Shown piece by piece: positions 60,960-64,000 of a stretch of 64,000 nucleotides of DNA. Made by a program: the position numbers and the translations under genes. The first letter of the stretch is position 1, and every line of letters starts with the position of its first letter. The notes beneath the pieces are model-generated. The model saw nothing but the letters and a program-made list of their open reading frames with translations, was not told where the DNA came from and made no database searches. Source of the stretch: Octopus sinensis (lineage: Eukaryota); contig NC_042997.1 in assembly GCF_006345805.1 (NCBI RefSeq), positions 75,268,001-75,332,000 of the forward strand, read 5' to 3'.

Positions 60960-63196
60960 TGCCAAGAGTGATCATGCGGTCCTGAAGTTCGTCATGCACA
61001 CAACTTTTTCTACACCCACGACTACTTCGCTGCCACGTAGAGTCTTCTCTGCAATTAATCTTGAAATTGTAACCGAGGCTTCCGCGCTTCTGGACTGGCG
61101 ATTCCTGATGTCGTTGTCCTCTGTTGACGAACTATGGTCATCCCTCAAAGCATATGTAATCTGTTTGACTGACCAGGCAGTTCCCGTTGGGCTTCCCAAG
61201 AGGAAGAAACACAAGCCCTGGGTGACGAAGAAGGTTAAACGAGAACGTTGACTCAGAGATATTGCTTGGGCTGAATTCAAAAATCTGGATTCGACTGCAG
61301 CTTTTGAGGTGTACAAAACTCAACGAGACCGAGCCGTGAAAATTGAAAAGAAAGAACGCTTCAGTTATGAATACAAAATCGCGGCAAATGCCAGTAGCAA
61401 TCCAAAAACCTTCTTTGCCCATGTCCAGCGGAATTCCCGCTTGAACAACCAGATTGCAACGTTGGTAGACTCAACAGGCGTATTGATTGAGGACCCTTAT
61501 CAACAGAGTCAATTATTTGCCGAGGCTTTTTCAACTATTTTCAAACAAGATGATGGTCGTGAACCCCCTCCATTTGATAGATCGGTACCTCCAATGCTTC
61601 AATTGGTCATCACGCGGGACGAAGTCAAACGTGTTATTCAAGGCCTCGATGTCAACAAGGGTCACGGCCCTAACGGCATACACCCACGGGTTATCAAAGC
61701 GTTGGCTCCGGTTATCTGCGAGCCCTTAACACGACTATTCAATATGTCATTGGCGACGGGTGTTATACCTGCAGACTGGAGAACAGCGATACTCTGCCCA
61801 ATTTTCAAGAAAGGGAGCCGCGAAGACCCGCTTAACTACCGACCGGTTTCCCTTACATCAATAATCAGCAAGATGTTCGAAACCATCCTTAAGAAAAGTA
61901 TGATGCTCCACCTCCTAAACACAGCCTCTATCTCTGATTCCCAACACGGCTTCGTGCCGAAGAGATCATGCTTGACCAACTTATTAGTAATGGAAGAATT
62001 GGTGACGCGCATCCTCGATGATAGTGATGCTGTTGACATCGTTTTATTGGACTTTGCCAAAGCTTTCGACTCGGTAAGCCACCGCCTATTACTTGTCAAG
62101 CTTCAAGCATATAGTTTCCATCCGGATATTGTACGATGGGTTGGTGCCTTCTTCTCAGATCGCTCCTTCCAAGTCCAAGTTAATGGTTCACGGTCTGACG
62201 TCTCCAGTGCGAGCAGTGGCGTGCCTCAAGGTTCAGTGCTTGGGCCCTTGTTGTTCTTAGTCTTCATAAATGACTTGCCCGACGACCTCACGCAACACAC
62301 CCTTCTATTTGCCGACGATATCAAACTGGTCGCTCCTCGCGGTAATATAGAGGATCTTCGTCGATGCCTCCACCAAATTTGGAAGTGGTCTAACGATTGG
62401 GACCTGTGTCTGAACGTGTCAAAGTGCTGTCATCTGCCTGTCGGCTCTACTCCTGCAACTCAACTTGATTTCGAGCCGGGTCGTCTGCTGCTGGAGAGGA
62501 CCGATCAGGTAATGGACCTGGGTATCTTGGTGGATTCCTCCTTTTCGCCTTCGGCCCAGTGCGTCCATGCTGCCAACAAAGCACACGGAATTCTGTTCTT
62601 GATTCGACGGTCATTCGGAATGCTCACAGCAGCTATATTCCTACCACTCTATGTCACGCTGGTGAGACCCATATTGGAGTATGGGATTCAAGCCTCTTCT
62701 CCTTATCTCCTCAAAGACATACAGCATCTCGAAAGAGTCCAGAAGCTGGCTACCCACATGGTTTATGGTCTCAAAAATTTGTCCTACAAAGAAAGGCTGA
62801 GGACGCTCGACCTTTATTCTCTTGAAAAACGCCGCCGCCGTGGTGATCTCATTCTCGCCCACAACATCATAAGCGGAAAGTGTAACCTCTCGAAAGAGCT
62901 GTTCTTCACTCCTGCTCCAGAGCGTCGGCTACGGGGTCATTCCGAAAAGCTCTACCTGCGACGATTTCATCTCAATCGAAGGAGAGGAGCTTTCTCCGTC
63001 CGGGTTGCGGATCCGTGGAACAAGCTGCCAGACGAGATGGTGAAGATGCCGACGACCGCTTTGTTCAAAGCCTCCCTGGACCTCAAGTGGCCTGAACTCT
63101 TTACATGAACACCACCCTGTACTTAACTCCATGTCCCCCTACATGGCCTTGCTATTTGCTTTTGAGCCAAATTAACTAACTAACTAACTAACTAAC
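60960..63196 (+). mobile_element. Young 5'-truncated CR1-clade LINE with (TAAC)n tail
   Basis: TSD TAACTCT at 60953-59 and 63197-63203; starts at the APE SDH motif. Confidence 0.93.
61309..63108 (+). CDS. Uninterrupted 599-aa LINE reverse transcriptase ORF
   Basis: NYRPVSLT, QHGF, LLDFAKAFDSV, GVPQGSVLGPLLF, FADDIKL, DLG, RRRGDLI, RGH. Confidence 0.92.
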   Translation: MYKTQRDRAVKIEKKERFSYEYKIAANASSNPKTFFAHVQRNSRLNNQIATLVDSTGVLIEDPYQQSQLFAEAFSTIFKQDDGREPPPFDRSVPPMLQLVITRDEVKRVIQGLDVNKGHGPNGIHPRVIKALAPVICEPLTRLFNMSLATGVIPADWRTAILCPIFKKGSREDPLNYRPVSLTSIISKMFETILKKSMMLHLLNTASISDSQHGFVPKRSCLTNLLVMEELVTRILDDSDAVDIVLLDFAKAFDSVSHRLLLVKLQAYSFHPDIVRWVGAFFSDRSFQVQVNGSRSDVSSASSGVPQGSVLGPLLFLVFINDLPDDLTQHTLLFADDIKLVAPRGNIEDLRRCLHQIWKWSNDWDLCLNVSKCCHLPVGSTPATQLDFEPGRLLLERTDQVMDLGILVDSSFSPSAQCVHAANKAHGILFLIRRSFGMLTAAIFLPLYVTLVRPILEYGIQASSPYLLKDIQHLERVQKLATHMVYGLKNLSYKERLRTLDLYSLEKRRRRGDLILAHNIISGKCNLSKELFFTPAPERRLRGHSEKLYLRRFHLNRRRGAFSVRVADPWNKLPDEMVKMPTTALFKASLDLKWPELFT

Positions 63197-64000
63197 TAAC
63201 TCTGACTTCAAACCTATGGCCCGAGGATCTCGCTGTCACTGTCCCAGCTCGCTAGGCCATGGCAGATGAACTTCATGCTTAAAGGGTGGGGCCAGTTTGC
63301 GTGCACTGCACTTCACTTTAAAAATCTCCCTAGTGCAGGCCAAAGGACATGTCCATGTTCTGTGACCAGCCATCCTAAAAGCCCTGCAGCGATGGGCAAG
63401 GGGTGAATGCAGCAGGTGGAAGATGTCACTGGAAGCCGTAGTCTCAACCCTACATGTAGGCGGCTCAGGACTTTGGTTGCCTGGTTATCGACCCGGAGGC
63501 GACGACACCACTCAGCAACATCCTGAGTGACCAGGCAGCCCTATTTAGGGAGAGCACTGCCTGCTCAACATGGAGAGGGGCGGTAGAAAAGGTTCACCTA
63601 AACAAAGCTCGTCTCCTCTATACCCAGTTGGCTAACCATGGTCAACGGGCATCTTCAGAGCAGTCGAACAAACATGGAAACAAAACCGAAGAAAAGTAAG
63701 CAGGAGTTGAAAGTTGCCTGCTGGAATGTCAGGACCATACTTAACAAGGCTGACAGCAGCCTCCCGGAACGTCGTTCGGCTCTCATAGTCCATGAACTCT
63801 CCTGTCTCAACATTGATATAGCAGCTCTCAGCGAGGTCCGCTTCGCTGAAGAGGGCAGCCTCAAAGAACACGGCGCTGGCTACACCCTCTTCTGGTCCGG
63901 AAAACCATCATCTGAAAAGCGTGTGTCGGGTGTAGGACTCATGGTGAGGAATTCCATCACCTCCAAACTGGAAACGTTACCCACGGGCCACTCGGACCGC

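Larger units (their letters stand above)
60564..64000 (+). mobile_element. RTE-BovB-like LINE 5' UTR and APE start, running off the window, interrupted by a CR1
   Basis: Open frame from ATG 63638 to the edge: VACWNVRT..ERRSALIVHELSCLNIDIAALSEVRF..GYTLFWSG..GVG. Confidence 0.9.

Overview
AT-rich, repeat-saturated animal genomic DNA, very probably octopus (inferred from the (CAT)n-tailed RTE/SINE family and huge (TA)n arrays), with one 100-N assembly gap at 13308-13407. The only host gene I can support is the 5' part of a CARMIL (LRRC16A-like) gene on the + strand. Three tiny coding exons (2038-2071, 42493-42543, 55552-55611) have the lengths and phases of vertebrate CARMIL exons 1, 3 and 4; exon 2 was not found. 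The rest is intron filled with nested transposons: CR1-like LINEs, RTE and BovB-like LINEs, Penelope-like elements (PLEs), mariner/Tc1, a full-length Buster hAT, piggyBac pieces, Helitron-like elements, a solo LTR and SINEs. Best second-look items: (1) several unrelated minimal hammerhead ribozyme motifs with different stem-III palindromes, three on the CARMIL sense strand; (2) a LINE ORF1 made of a Myb/SANT-like domain plus a CCCH finger, present in two diverged copies; (3) a 32-bp pre-miRNA-like hairpin; (4) a gag-like CCHC ORF with no RT; (5) a young (TAAC)n-tailed CR1 nested in a BovB-like element. All calls are by-eye reading with no database search; repeat boundaries are approximate unless a TSD is given.
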